A stretch of 64,000 nucleotides of DNA from an uncultured Bacilli bacterium (GTDB taxonomy: Bacteria; Bacillota_I; Bacilli_A; RFN20; DUOF01), in assembly GCA_944363575.1 (NCBI GenBank), contig CALVUJ010000023.1, positions 107-64,106 on the forward strand, given 5' to 3'. The notes below the pieces were generated by a model. The model was not told the DNA's origin. It did not search any database and worked only from the letters and a program-made list of their open reading frames with translations. Position 1 is the stretch's first letter. Each line of letters starts with the position of its first letter. The translations under genes and the position numbers were made by a program. This document shows, piece by piece, positions 9,806 through 18,597 of this stretch.

Positions 9806-10288
9806 ATGAAGCAAACAGGAATCACGCGTAAACTAGATGAACTTGGAAGGATTGTTATTCCTAAAGAAATTAGAGAAACTTATAAAATAGAAGAAGGAGA
9901 TCATGTTGAGTTTTTTCTTGATAATAACGAAATCGTTATTAAAAAGCCTTCTTCAATTAATGGATTAGATGATGAAATATATAAACTTTTTCAAGCTTAT
10001 AACTTAAGATTTCACCACTCTATTGCTATTGTAGAAAACAGCAACATATTAATAAGTTATGGAAAGGACACTAATAAAATAAGTGATTCCTTAACAGATA
10101 TAAACATTTATGAATATAACACGAAAAGTCTTTCTCGTTATAAGCATAAAGAAAACAATTTTGTAATTGCAAATATAGAAAATAATAAATTTTTAATTGT
10201 GTATGAACATAAAGTTTTTAGTTCTACTGATTCTTCTATTTTAAATTTTGTTTTAGATTATTTAGTAAAACTATTAAAGAAGGAATAA
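9806..10288 (+). CDS. spoVT: SpoVT-like AbrB-family transcription regulator
   Basis: MKQTGITRKLDELGRIVIPKEIRETYKIEEGD AbrB fold plus a C-terminal extension of about 110 aa; precedes yabP-yabQ-divIC. Confidence 0.7.
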   Translation: MKQTGITRKLDELGRIVIPKEIRETYKIEEGDHVEFFLDNNEIVIKKPSSINGLDDEIYKLFQAYNLRFHHSIAIVENSNILISYGKDTNKISDSLTDINIYEYNTKSLSRYKHKENNFVIANIENNKFLIVYEHKVFSSTDSSILNFVLDYLVKLLKKE

Positions 10289-10310
10289 TTTTTATCTTTT
10301 TTCATATTTT
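10283..10310 (+). promoter_or_regulatory. Putative sigmaE-like promoter of yabPQ
   Basis: GAATAAT-N13-CATATTTT versus ZHATAXX-N14-CATACAHT; yabP is sigmaE-dependent in B. subtilis. Confidence 0.4.
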
Positions 10311-10327
10311 TTAGTAGGGGTGAAAAT

Positions 10328-10624
10328 ATGGAAAATCAAGTTATAAATATTAATAGTAATTTAAAACATGATTTAAATTTAGTAGGTCGTAAGGAGTTAG
10401 TTGTTACTGGAGTAAAAGGTATTGATAGTTTTGATAGTGAAGAGTTTTTAATTGAAACTAATTTAGGCTTTTTGCACATTAAAGGATCTGGGTTAACTTT
10501 AGATAAAATGGATAATGATTCTAATGAGTTAATAATTAAAGGGCAATTTAACTCTTTATCTTATGTTAGCGGCCAAAAAGGAAAAGAAAGCAAAGGGAAT
10601 TTCCTAAAAAAGATTTTTAAATGA
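10328..10624 (+). CDS. yabP: Sporulation protein YabP
   Basis: RKELVVTGVKGIDSFDSEEFLIETNLGFLHIKG...FLKKIFK; synteny. Confidence 0.9.
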   Translation: MENQVININSNLKHDLNLVGRKELVVTGVKGIDSFDSEEFLIETNLGFLHIKGSGLTLDKMDNDSNELIIKGQFNSLSYVSGQKGKESKGNFLKKIFK

Positions 10625-11007
10625 TGGAGTTAGAAGTACAATTCCAAGTTTTTTTTATGAGTATCTTATTTGGAATGTACTTTCTTTGTTTTTGGCAGTT
10701 TTTAAATCGTATTTTTTTATATAAATACGTTATTAGATTTTTCTTTGAACTTCTTTTCTTTGTTTTTAACTTTCTTTTTTATTATTTTTTACTATTTAAG
10801 TTAAATGGTGGCATTTTTAACATTTATCTTTTAATTGGGGTCTTTATTGGCTTTTTTATCCATCATAAATTTTACGCTAGTAAATTTTTAGCTTTCTATG
10901 AATTTATTTTATGTAAAATAACTGCTATAATAAAGAAAATTAAGCCGAGGTGGAAAAAACATGGAAAGAACAAAAAAAGAAAAAAGTTTAAAAAAGTTAT
11001 TGAATAG
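10621..11007 (+). CDS. yabQ: Spore cortex protein YabQ-like membrane protein (short)
   Basis: Hydrophobic, LNGGIFNIYLLIGVFIG; between yabP and divIC. Confidence 0.7.
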   Translation: MMELEVQFQVFFMSILFGMYFLCFWQFLNRIFLYKYVIRFFFELLFFVFNFLFYYFLLFKLNGGIFNIYLLIGVFIGFFIHHKFYASKFLAFYEFILCKITAIIKKIKPRWKKHGKNKKRKKFKKVIE

Positions 11008-11257
11008 ATCTTTTTCATATCTTATTTTATTCGCAGGAATTTTCTCTTTATGCTATTCCATAAAAGTAATTACTGAATATGTTTCAATAAAAAAAGAAAA
11101 TGCCGAATTACAGGAAACTCTAGATTCCCTTAGAAAAGAAAATGATCGATTAGAAATAACCAACAGCAAATTAAAAGATAAAGATTATTTTTCTGTGTAT
11201 GTTGAAGGCAAGTATCAATATTCTTCATCTAGCGATTCGATTGTACCAATAAATTAA
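10961..11257 (+). CDS. divIC: Septum formation initiator DivIC/FtsB family
   Basis: Basic N-terminus, one TM helix, coiled coil; position after yabQ. Confidence 0.7.
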   Translation: MERTKKEKSLKKLLNRSFSYLILFAGIFSLCYSIKVITEYVSIKKENAELQETLDSLRKENDRLEITNSKLKDKDYFSVYVEGKYQYSSSSDSIVPIN

Positions 11258-11261
11258 TGAC

Positions 11262-11293
11262 AAAAGGTATTGCTTTAAGTAATATCTTTTTTT
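11262..11293 (+). terminator. Intrinsic terminator after divIC
   Basis: AAAAGGTATTGC-TTTAA-GTAATATCTTTT then T-run. Confidence 0.65.
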
Positions 11294-11324
11294 ATTTATG
11301 TTATAATTTGTGTGGGTGATATAT

Positions 11325-11960
11325 GTGAGTTATTTTATTACGTTTGAAGGAATTGATGGAAGTGGTAAAAGTTCAACTATTAAACTTTTGATAGAAAAGT
11401 TAAACAAGGATGGTTATCAAGCAATATCTACTAGAGAGCCTGGTGGTAGTGTTATTGCTGAGCAAGTTAGAAACGTTATTTTAGATGTTAATAACACGAA
11501 CATGGATTATATGACTGAGATGCTTTTATTTGCAGCTTGTAGGAGTCAACATTTAAAAGATATTGTTATTCCAAACTTAGAAAAAGGGAATATTGTTATT
11601 TGTGATCGCTTTGTTGATAGTTCATATGTTTATCAAGGGATTGCTAGAAATATTGGATTAGATTCTGTTATGGCTATTAATGATCTTGTTATTAAAGATT
11701 GTAAGCCTGATTTAACGATTTATATTGATATTGAACCAGAAACAGGTTTGCAACGAATAAACAAAAATAATCGTAATAAAGATCGTTTGGATTTAGAATC
11801 ATTGGAGTTTTTAACGAAAGTTAGAAATGGATATTTGAAAATAGCAGAAATGTTTAAAGAGCGTATTGTAGTGGTAAATGGCGATCAGCCTTTAGAAAAA
11901 GTTGTAGATGATGCTTATGAAATTATTGTATCTTTTTTAAAAGGAAAAAATAATGCTTGA
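11325..11960 (+). CDS. tmk: Thymidylate kinase
   Basis: FITFEGIDGSGKS, TREPGG, ICDRFVDSSYVYQG; start GTG 11325 after GGGTGA. Confidence 0.95.
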   Translation: MSYFITFEGIDGSGKSSTIKLLIEKLNKDGYQAISTREPGGSVIAEQVRNVILDVNNTNMDYMTEMLLFAACRSQHLKDIVIPNLEKGNIVICDRFVDSSYVYQGIARNIGLDSVMAINDLVIKDCKPDLTIYIDIEPETGLQRINKNNRNKDRLDLESLEFLTKVRNGYLKIAEMFKERIVVVNGDQPLEKVVDDAYEIIVSFLKGKNNA

Positions 11961-12915
11961 ATATCTTAAAGAATATCAAATAGTAGCATATCATACACTT
12001 TTAAACTGCAAAAAAAACGATCGTTTACCACAAGCAATACTTTTAAATGGATATAAAGATACTCCTCTTTTAGATATAGCTAAATATATTGCAAAAACAA
12101 TTATTTGTGAGCAAGAAATAGCCTGCGAAGAATGTTTAGATTGTTTGAGAATTGAAAACGAGAGTTATGCTGATCTTATTGTGATAGATGGCACTAATCA
12201 AACTATAAAAAAAGAATATATTGAAAATATCCAAGAAAGGTTTTCTTTATCTGCTTTAGAAAATAAAGGAAAAAAAATTTATATTATTAATAAAATTGAA
12301 AATGCTACTAGTGAAGCAATCAATTCGTTACTTAAATTTTTAGAAGAACCTACAAGCGATATATATGCGATTATTACCACTGCAAATATAAACAACGTTT
12401 TACCAACAATTATTTCTAGATGCATGAATATTCATTTAAAAAAAACACCTAAACATCAACTTGTTGTGGAAGCAACTAAAAAGAATATTCCTGTTGAAGA
12501 TGCTTTAATACTTTCTAATTTTATAGGCAGTGTTGACTCTATTATTGATACTTATGAAAATAGTTCTTATCTATCAATTAAAGATGTAATCATTGAATTT
12601 TTAAATGAAATGAATGAAGGGAAAGATTTATTGTACTTTTCACAATTAGAAATTAGCGATGTGGTAAAAGATAAAAATGATTTCTTATTATTTTTAGAAT
12701 TATTAGAAATAGCTTTTATTGATATTATGAATTATAAAAATAATAAAGATTTAAATTATCAAGAAGAAAAAGAATTGATTAGCTCTTTAGCTAATAGAAT
12801 TCAAAAAATAGAAGAAAAATTAAGCACAATTATGTTGTTTAAAGGTTGTGCAATGATAAATGCAAATGTAAAATTATTGTTAGATAATTTAATTATTAAA
12901 ATAGAAAGGAACTAA
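11953..12915 (+). CDS. holB: DNA polymerase III delta' subunit
   Basis: Zn motif CEQEIACEECLDC, NSLLKFLEEP, LPTIISRC; tmk-holB synteny. Confidence 0.9.
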   Translation: MLEYLKEYQIVAYHTLLNCKKNDRLPQAILLNGYKDTPLLDIAKYIAKTIICEQEIACEECLDCLRIENESYADLIVIDGTNQTIKKEYIENIQERFSLSALENKGKKIYIINKIENATSEAINSLLKFLEEPTSDIYAIITTANINNVLPTIISRCMNIHLKKTPKHQLVVEATKKNIPVEDALILSNFIGSVDSIIDTYENSSYLSIKDVIIEFLNEMNEGKDLLYFSQLEISDVVKDKNDFLLFLELLEIAFIDIMNYKNNKDLNYQEEKELISSLANRIQKIEEKLSTIMLFKGCAMINANVKLLLDNLIIKIERN

Positions 12916-12918
12916 TGT

Positions 12919-13746
12919 ATGAATAACGAAGGATATTTTGTAGGAATTATATGTGATTCTAGTAAAGGAAAGAAATATTATTATACTTCTGATAATTCGT
13001 TTAAAATCAACGATGCTGTAGTCATTGAGACTTCATTAGGAATAGAGATTGGTTTTATTGTAACTGATTTGATTAAAGAAAGTGAATCTACCCTATATAG
13101 CGATAATTCTTTAACGATTATTAGAAAAGCAAGTGAAGAAGATTTAAAGACTTATGAAAATAATAAATTAGAAACTATAAAAGCGATTAAACTTTTTAAT
13201 GAAAATGTTTCTAAACTTAAATTAGATATGAAACTAATTAATGCTATTTATACTTTAGATAAAGCCAAAATTCTTTTTAGTTATGTTTCTGAAGAAAGAG
13301 TAGATTTTAGAGAGTTATTAAAAGAATTATCTTCGGTATTAAAATGTCGTATTGAACTAAGACAAATAGGATCTAGAGATCGTTCTAAATTAGTTGGAGG
13401 CATAGGGATATGTGGGCTTCCTTTATGCTGTTCTTCTTTTTTAAATGAATTTGAAGGAATTAGTATTAACATGGCTAAGAATCAATATCTAGCTCTTAAT
13501 ATTCAAAAAATTTCTGGGCAATGTAACAAATTACTTTGTTGTTTAAAATATGAAGATGCAGACTACACAAAGTTAAAAGAAGATGTTCCTAAACTTGGGC
13601 AAAAGTTTACTTATGAAAATAAATTGTGCAAAGTCACTTCTTTAAACTTGTTATCTTCGATAGCAAGAATAGAAAGTGAAGATAAAGATTTAATACTTAA
13701 TGTAAGTATTGATGAGTTAAAGAAAATGATTAGGAAAGGTAATTAA
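12919..13746 (+). CDS. ricT: RicT/YaaT (PSP1 domain) protein
   Basis: RVDFRELLKEL, RIELRQIGSRD, GGIGICGLPLCC, KISGQCNKLLCCLKYE. Confidence 0.92.
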   Translation: MNNEGYFVGIICDSSKGKKYYYTSDNSFKINDAVVIETSLGIEIGFIVTDLIKESESTLYSDNSLTIIRKASEEDLKTYENNKLETIKAIKLFNENVSKLKLDMKLINAIYTLDKAKILFSYVSEERVDFRELLKELSSVLKCRIELRQIGSRDRSKLVGGIGICGLPLCCSSFLNEFEGISINMAKNQYLALNIQKISGQCNKLLCCLKYEDADYTKLKEDVPKLGQKFTYENKLCKVTSLNLLSSIARIESEDKDLILNVSIDELKKMIRKGN

Positions 13747-13747
13747 A

Positions 13748-14590
13748 ATGGTTTCGCAAACATTCACGAATGGTAAAGCTATTTTATATTTAGTAGCTAC
13801 TCCGATAGGTAATCTTGAAGAGATGACTTTTCGTAGTATAAATATTTTAAAAGAAGTTGCGGTAATTGCTTGTGAAGATACTAGAAACACTAAAACATTA
13901 ACTAATTATTATAATATTAATACACCTTTAATAAGTTATCATGAGCATAATGAAAAGATGATGTGTGAAAAATTAATAAACATTTTAAAAGAAGGTAAAA
14001 ATATTGCTTTAGTTAGTGATGCTGGGTATCCTCTTATTTCTGATCCTGGTTCTATTCTTGTTAGCGAAGTTTTAAAAGCTGGTTTTAACGTTACCACTAT
14101 ATCTGGATCTTGTGCTTTTCTTAATGCTTTAGTAGCCTCAAACATGGATTTATCTTCTTTTACTTTTATTGGATTCTTAGAAGCAAAAAGTAATGCTAGA
14201 AAGAAGAAACTTTTAGAGTTAAAAGAAAGAAAAGAAACTTTAATTTTTTATGAATCTGTTCATCGTATTGAAGAAACTTTAAAAGATATGTTAGAAACTT
14301 TGGGAAATCGTGAAATAACTTTAGCAAGAGAATTAACCAAAAAATTTGAAGAATACACTAGAGGCTCAATTTCCGAAGTTTTATCTTCCTTAAACGAATT
14401 TAGTAAAGGTGAGTTTGTAATCGTGGTTCAAGGTAATAAAGAAAAAGAAAAAGTAGATGACTCTCTACTTTTAAAAGAAATTGATGAACTAGTAAATAAA
14501 GGTGAAAGAAGTAAAACAGCGATTGAAATAATCGCTAATAAATATAATGTAAAGAAAAATTATGTTTATAATTTATATATAAAAAGATAA
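13748..14590 (+). CDS. rsmI: 16S rRNA C1402 2'-O-methyltransferase
   Basis: LYLVATPIGNLEE, ACEDTR, SDAGYPLISDPG, ARELTKKFEE. Confidence 0.95.
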   Translation: MVSQTFTNGKAILYLVATPIGNLEEMTFRSINILKEVAVIACEDTRNTKTLTNYYNINTPLISYHEHNEKMMCEKLINILKEGKNIALVSDAGYPLISDPGSILVSEVLKAGFNVTTISGSCAFLNALVASNMDLSSFTFIGFLEAKSNARKKKLLELKERKETLIFYESVHRIEETLKDMLETLGNREITLARELTKKFEEYTRGSISEVLSSLNEFSKGEFVIVVQGNKEKEKVDDSLLLKEIDELVNKGERSKTAIEIIANKYNVKKNYVYNLYIKR

Positions 14591-17500
14591 TTATATTTTA
14601 GATAAAATTTCATTTATATAATATATCCATTTATCATTAACTTTTTTTATTCTTATTTTTATCTGTTCTTTTCTAAAACTTAAAGTAATGTTTTTATAAT
14701 CTAAAACATTAACTATATCAAACAATTTAATTCCTATTCCATCTTTTTTAGATAACTCTTTAGCAAGATAAATATCTATGTATTCTTTAGTATCACTTAT
14801 TTTTTCTACTTTATCGTGCGAAGATAAAATATCCATTCTTTTCTTTTCTATTAAAAGAAGCACATTGTTAGGCATTTTCCCATATATATCTTTAATATCA
14901 TTTTCTACTTCTTCAAGTTGTTTTAAATCAGTTGTTTTTTCTAGTTTTTTATATAAATCAATTTTATTTCCATCTACTCCTGCATATTCAAGAGGAATAT
15001 ATCCATCTATTTGTATATTATTAATATTTTTATTTTCTTCTTTTTTAAGTCCTTTTTCTTCTTCAATAGCATCTTTTAATAAATCTAAATATAAATCAAT
15101 ACCAATATTTTCAATAAAGCCTGATTGGCTAGCCCCTAGAATATCTCCTGCTCCTCTAATAGAAAGATCTCTTAAGGCTATTTTGTAACCACTTCCAAGC
15201 TCTGTAAACTCTTTAATAGCACGTAGTCTATTGGTAGCCACTTCACTCACTTGTTTATTAGGGGTAAATAACAAGTAGGCATAGGCTAGTTTATCGCTTC
15301 TTCCAACCCTTCCTTTTATTTGATATAATTGCGATAAACCAAAATGATCGGCATTTTCAATAATAATCGTATTAGCATTAGGTATATCAATACCTGTTTC
15401 AATAATGGTTGTGCATACTAAAACATTTATTTTATTATTATAAAAATCATATGTTACTTGCTCAATATCTTCTTTACTCATCTTTCCATGTATAATACCA
15501 ACTTTAGCACCCATTATTTCTTTTTCTATTTGGTAAGCAATACTATTAATGTTGCTTGTTCTATTATGTAAATAAAAAACTTGTCCGTTTCTTCCTAATT
15601 CTCTTTCAATTATTTCTTTTATAATTTTAGGATTTTTTTCCATTACATATGTTTGAATGGGCATTCTTTTTTCAGGAGGAGATTGTATTTGAACTAAACT
15701 TCTTAAGCCAATTAAGGACATTTGCATAGTTCGAGGAATAGGGGTTGCACTTAAAGTTAAAACATCAATAGAATTTTTTAATTCTTTTATTTTTTCTTTA
15801 TGTTCTACCCCAAATCGCTGCTCTTCATCCACAATTAATAACCCTAAATCTTGAAAGATTACATCACTAGATAAAATACGATGCGTACCTATCAATAAAT
15901 CTATTTTCCCTTCTTTTAAATCTTGGATTATTTTCTTTTGTTCTTTTTCACTTTTAAAACGATTTAATAATTCTACACGAACATTAAAGTTTTTAAATCT
16001 ATCTAGAGCATTTGCGTAATGTTGGCTTGATAGGAGAGTCGTTGGGCATAAGAAGGCTACTTGTTTAGCATCTTTTATAGCTTTAAAAGCTGCTATAAAG
16101 GCTACTTCTGTTTTTCCAAACCCTACATCTCCGCATAATAACATATCCATTGGAATACTCTTTTCCATTTCTTTTTTGACATTTTTAATAGCAGTTTCTT
16201 GATCTTTTGTATGCACATAAGGAAAATCATTTTCAAACATTATTTGTAAATCATCATCTTTAGAAAAAGAATATCCTATTTTTTTAGTTCTTTCATCATA
16301 TAGTTTTATTAAGTTAATGGCTAAATCTTTTACTTTATTTTTAATTCTTTCTTTAGTTTTTTCCCAATCTCCGCTTCCAAGTTTATTTAAGGTTGGCACC
16401 TTTCCTTCTCTAGCAGAATATTTCCTAACAAGGGAAAACTGCTCTAAAGGGACATATAAAACTTCATTATTTTTATATTCGATATGTAAATAATCTTTAG
16501 ATATTTTACCTGTTTTTATTGTTTCTAATCCTTTATATCTTCCTATTCCATAATTTTCATGAACAAGATAATCTCCTACTACTAAATCTTCATACCCACT
16601 TATAGCTTGTGAACTTTTAAATTTTGTGAAATACTTGCCTGTTGTTATTTTTTGTAAAAATAACTCACGAGAAGTAAAAACAACTATTTTCTCATCATCT
16701 AAAGCAAATCCTTCTATTAAATCTTCTTCAATTATTTTTATTTTAGTTTTATCAATTTCATATTCATCAAACCATAATTTCAAATTATTTATTTGATGCT
16801 TATTAGTTAAATAAATTCTAATTTCATATTTTAAATCTAAATAATTATTAATTAATTTAGTAGCCATTTTTGAACTGCCATTGCAATTTATTAAAGGAGT
16901 TAAATAAAAGTACTTGTCGCTTTCTTTGGTCATAAAGTCATTGAATAAAATGTTTTTCTTGTTTTTAGCAAGTAATGTTGCTAAATCATGATATAAGGAA
17001 AGGTTAGGTAAGATTTTGTTTTGCTCTACTAGTTCACTTTGATATTCGTAAGTTTCTTTAATTAGCAAATCGTAATTATTATCAATAGAGGTTTTATCCA
17101 TAAGAACGCATATATCCGCACCAAAATAATCATTTAAAGAGTCATAATTATTAATTAATGAATAGTATTTATAAAGTGATGTGTCATATGTGTTTGTTTC
17201 TAACTTTTCAAGATCATTATAAACATTTTCTTTTAATTTTTCATATTCTTCTTCGCTTAATAAATGTTGTTGTTTTTCTAATTCATTAATTAAAATTTCT
17301 TTACTTTTTAATTGATTATCAATAATTAATTCGCTAGCTGGTAAAATAGAAACATGATTTTCTGTTTTAATTGTTGTTTGCTTTTCCAAATCAAAGTAAC
17401 GAATGCTTTCTATTTCATTATCAAAAAATTCAATACGAACAGGATTATCATAGTTAATACTAAAAAAATCTAATACACCTCCTCTTGAAGAATATTCAAG

Positions 17501-17995
17501 AGTATTACATACTTTATTTACTTTTTTATAGCCATTTTTTTGCAATATTTTTTCTAATTCGCTTTTTTCAATTGCTTGCCCTACTAGTAATCTTTGAACT
17601 TGATTTTTAAATGTTTCTTTGGGTGGTAAATATCTTAAGAAAGCACTCGTATGCGTTATTAAAATACTAGGCTTTTCTTTTAAAGCTTCATTTAAAGCAT
17701 ATATTCTATTTGCTAGTAATTCCTTGGATTCAGCAATAGCTTCTATTCTTATAGTTTCATCCGCAAAATAAGTTATTACATTTTCATTTTCTAAAAGATT
17801 GCTTAAATATTCATATAGTAATGATGCCGTGTGCAAACTATTACACACGACTAAATATTTCTTTTTATTTTTTAAATACCCGCTTGCTAATAAAAGAGCT
17901 TTTTTGAAGATAGAATCACAAACATAATTTCCTTTTTCTTGAATAAAAGATTTTACGATATCTTTATTTTCAAATAATTTTAAAATTTCTTTCAT
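14591..17995 (-). CDS. mfd: Transcription-repair coupling factor
   Basis: VHENYGIGRY RID domain, CGDVGFGKTEVA, VDEEQRFGV, LSATPIPRT, QIKGRVGRS. Confidence 0.96.
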   Translation of the reverse strand: MKEILKLFENKDIVKSFIQEKGNYVCDSIFKKALLLASGYLKNKKKYLVVCNSLHTASLLYEYLSNLLENENVITYFADETIRIEAIAESKELLANRIYALNEALKEKPSILITHTSAFLRYLPPKETFKNQVQRLLVGQAIEKSELEKILQKNGYKKVNKVCNTLEYSSRGGVLDFFSINYDNPVRIEFFDNEIESIRYFDLEKQTTIKTENHVSILPASELIIDNQLKSKEILINELEKQQHLLSEEEYEKLKENVYNDLEKLETNTYDTSLYKYYSLINNYDSLNDYFGADICVLMDKTSIDNNYDLLIKETYEYQSELVEQNKILPNLSLYHDLATLLAKNKKNILFNDFMTKESDKYFYLTPLINCNGSSKMATKLINNYLDLKYEIRIYLTNKHQINNLKLWFDEYEIDKTKIKIIEEDLIEGFALDDEKIVVFTSRELFLQKITTGKYFTKFKSSQAISGYEDLVVGDYLVHENYGIGRYKGLETIKTGKISKDYLHIEYKNNEVLYVPLEQFSLVRKYSAREGKVPTLNKLGSGDWEKTKERIKNKVKDLAINLIKLYDERTKKIGYSFSKDDDLQIMFENDFPYVHTKDQETAIKNVKKEMEKSIPMDMLLCGDVGFGKTEVAFIAAFKAIKDAKQVAFLCPTTLLSSQHYANALDRFKNFNVRVELLNRFKSEKEQKKIIQDLKEGKIDLLIGTHRILSSDVIFQDLGLLIVDEEQRFGVEHKEKIKELKNSIDVLTLSATPIPRTMQMSLIGLRSLVQIQSPPEKRMPIQTYVMEKNPKIIKEIIERELGRNGQVFYLHNRTSNINSIAYQIEKEIMGAKVGIIHGKMSKEDIEQVTYDFYNNKINVLVCTTIIETGIDIPNANTIIIENADHFGLSQLYQIKGRVGRSDKLAYAYLLFTPNKQVSEVATNRLRAIKEFTELGSGYKIALRDLSIRGAGDILGASQSGFIENIGIDLYLDLLKDAIEEEKGLKKEENKNINNIQIDGYIPLEYAGVDGNKIDLYKKLEKTTDLKQLEEVENDIKDIYGKMPNNVLLLIEKKRMDILSSHDKVEKISDTKEYIDIYLAKELSKKDGIGIKLFDIVNVLDYKNITLSFRKEQIKIRIKKVNDKWIYYINEILSKI

Positions 17996-18549
17996 TGGTT
18001 ATATATACTCATTATTTTATTAAAACTATATTTAGTAAAATCTTCTATAATATTACTTATGATTTCTATCTTCTCTTCAATAATCTTTTTTTCTTCTTCA
18101 TTAAACTTACCTAAAACATAATTTATTACATCATGCTCTTTATCTTTAGAAATACCTACTCTTACTCTTTTAAAATCAGAGGTTTTAAGATTCTCGATAA
18201 TATTTTTTATACCATTATGTCCTCCTGAACTACCTTTTTCTCTTATTCTTATAACTCCTACATCTAAATCCATATCATCATAAATTACTAACATATCATT
18301 TATATCTATTTTAAAATACTTAAGAAAATCTCTAACGCATTCTCCTGATAAATTAACGTAGGTTTGAGGCTTTAGTAAAATTACTTTTTCATCATTTATA
18401 CTTACTTCGCTATATAATCCCTTAAACTTCTTTTTATCAATAATGATATTATTTTTTTTAGCATAATAATCTAATGACATAAAACCTATGTTATGTCTTG
18501 TATTTTGATACTCTTTTCCATAATTACCTAAACCTACGATTAATTTCAT
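17992..18549 (-). CDS. pth: Peptidyl-tRNA hydrolase
   Basis: MKLIVGLGN...TRHNIGF, LKPQTY, YDDMDL, GGHNGIK; start ATG 18549 after AAGGAG. Confidence 0.95.
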   Translation of the reverse strand: MKLIVGLGNYGKEYQNTRHNIGFMSLDYYAKKNNIIIDKKKFKGLYSEVSINDEKVILLKPQTYVNLSGECVRDFLKYFKIDINDMLVIYDDMDLDVGVIRIREKGSSGGHNGIKNIIENLKTSDFKRVRVGISKDKEHDVINYVLGKFNEEEKKIIEEKIEIISNIIEDFTKYSFNKIMSIYNQ

Positions 18550-18567
18550 ATTTTTTCTCCTTTCATG

Positions 18568-18594
18568 CAAAAAGCACTTTAAAGTGCTTATTTG
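18568..18594 (-). terminator. Intrinsic terminator after the giant surface-protein gene
   Basis: AAAAAGCACT-TTAA-AGTGCTT hairpin. Confidence 0.65.
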
Positions 18595-18597
18595 CCA

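Noticed and set aside
11953-12915. Degenerate Walker A in the holB product as a novel pseudo-ATPase
   Set aside because: Delta' is normally a non-catalytic AAA+ subunit, so this is expected.
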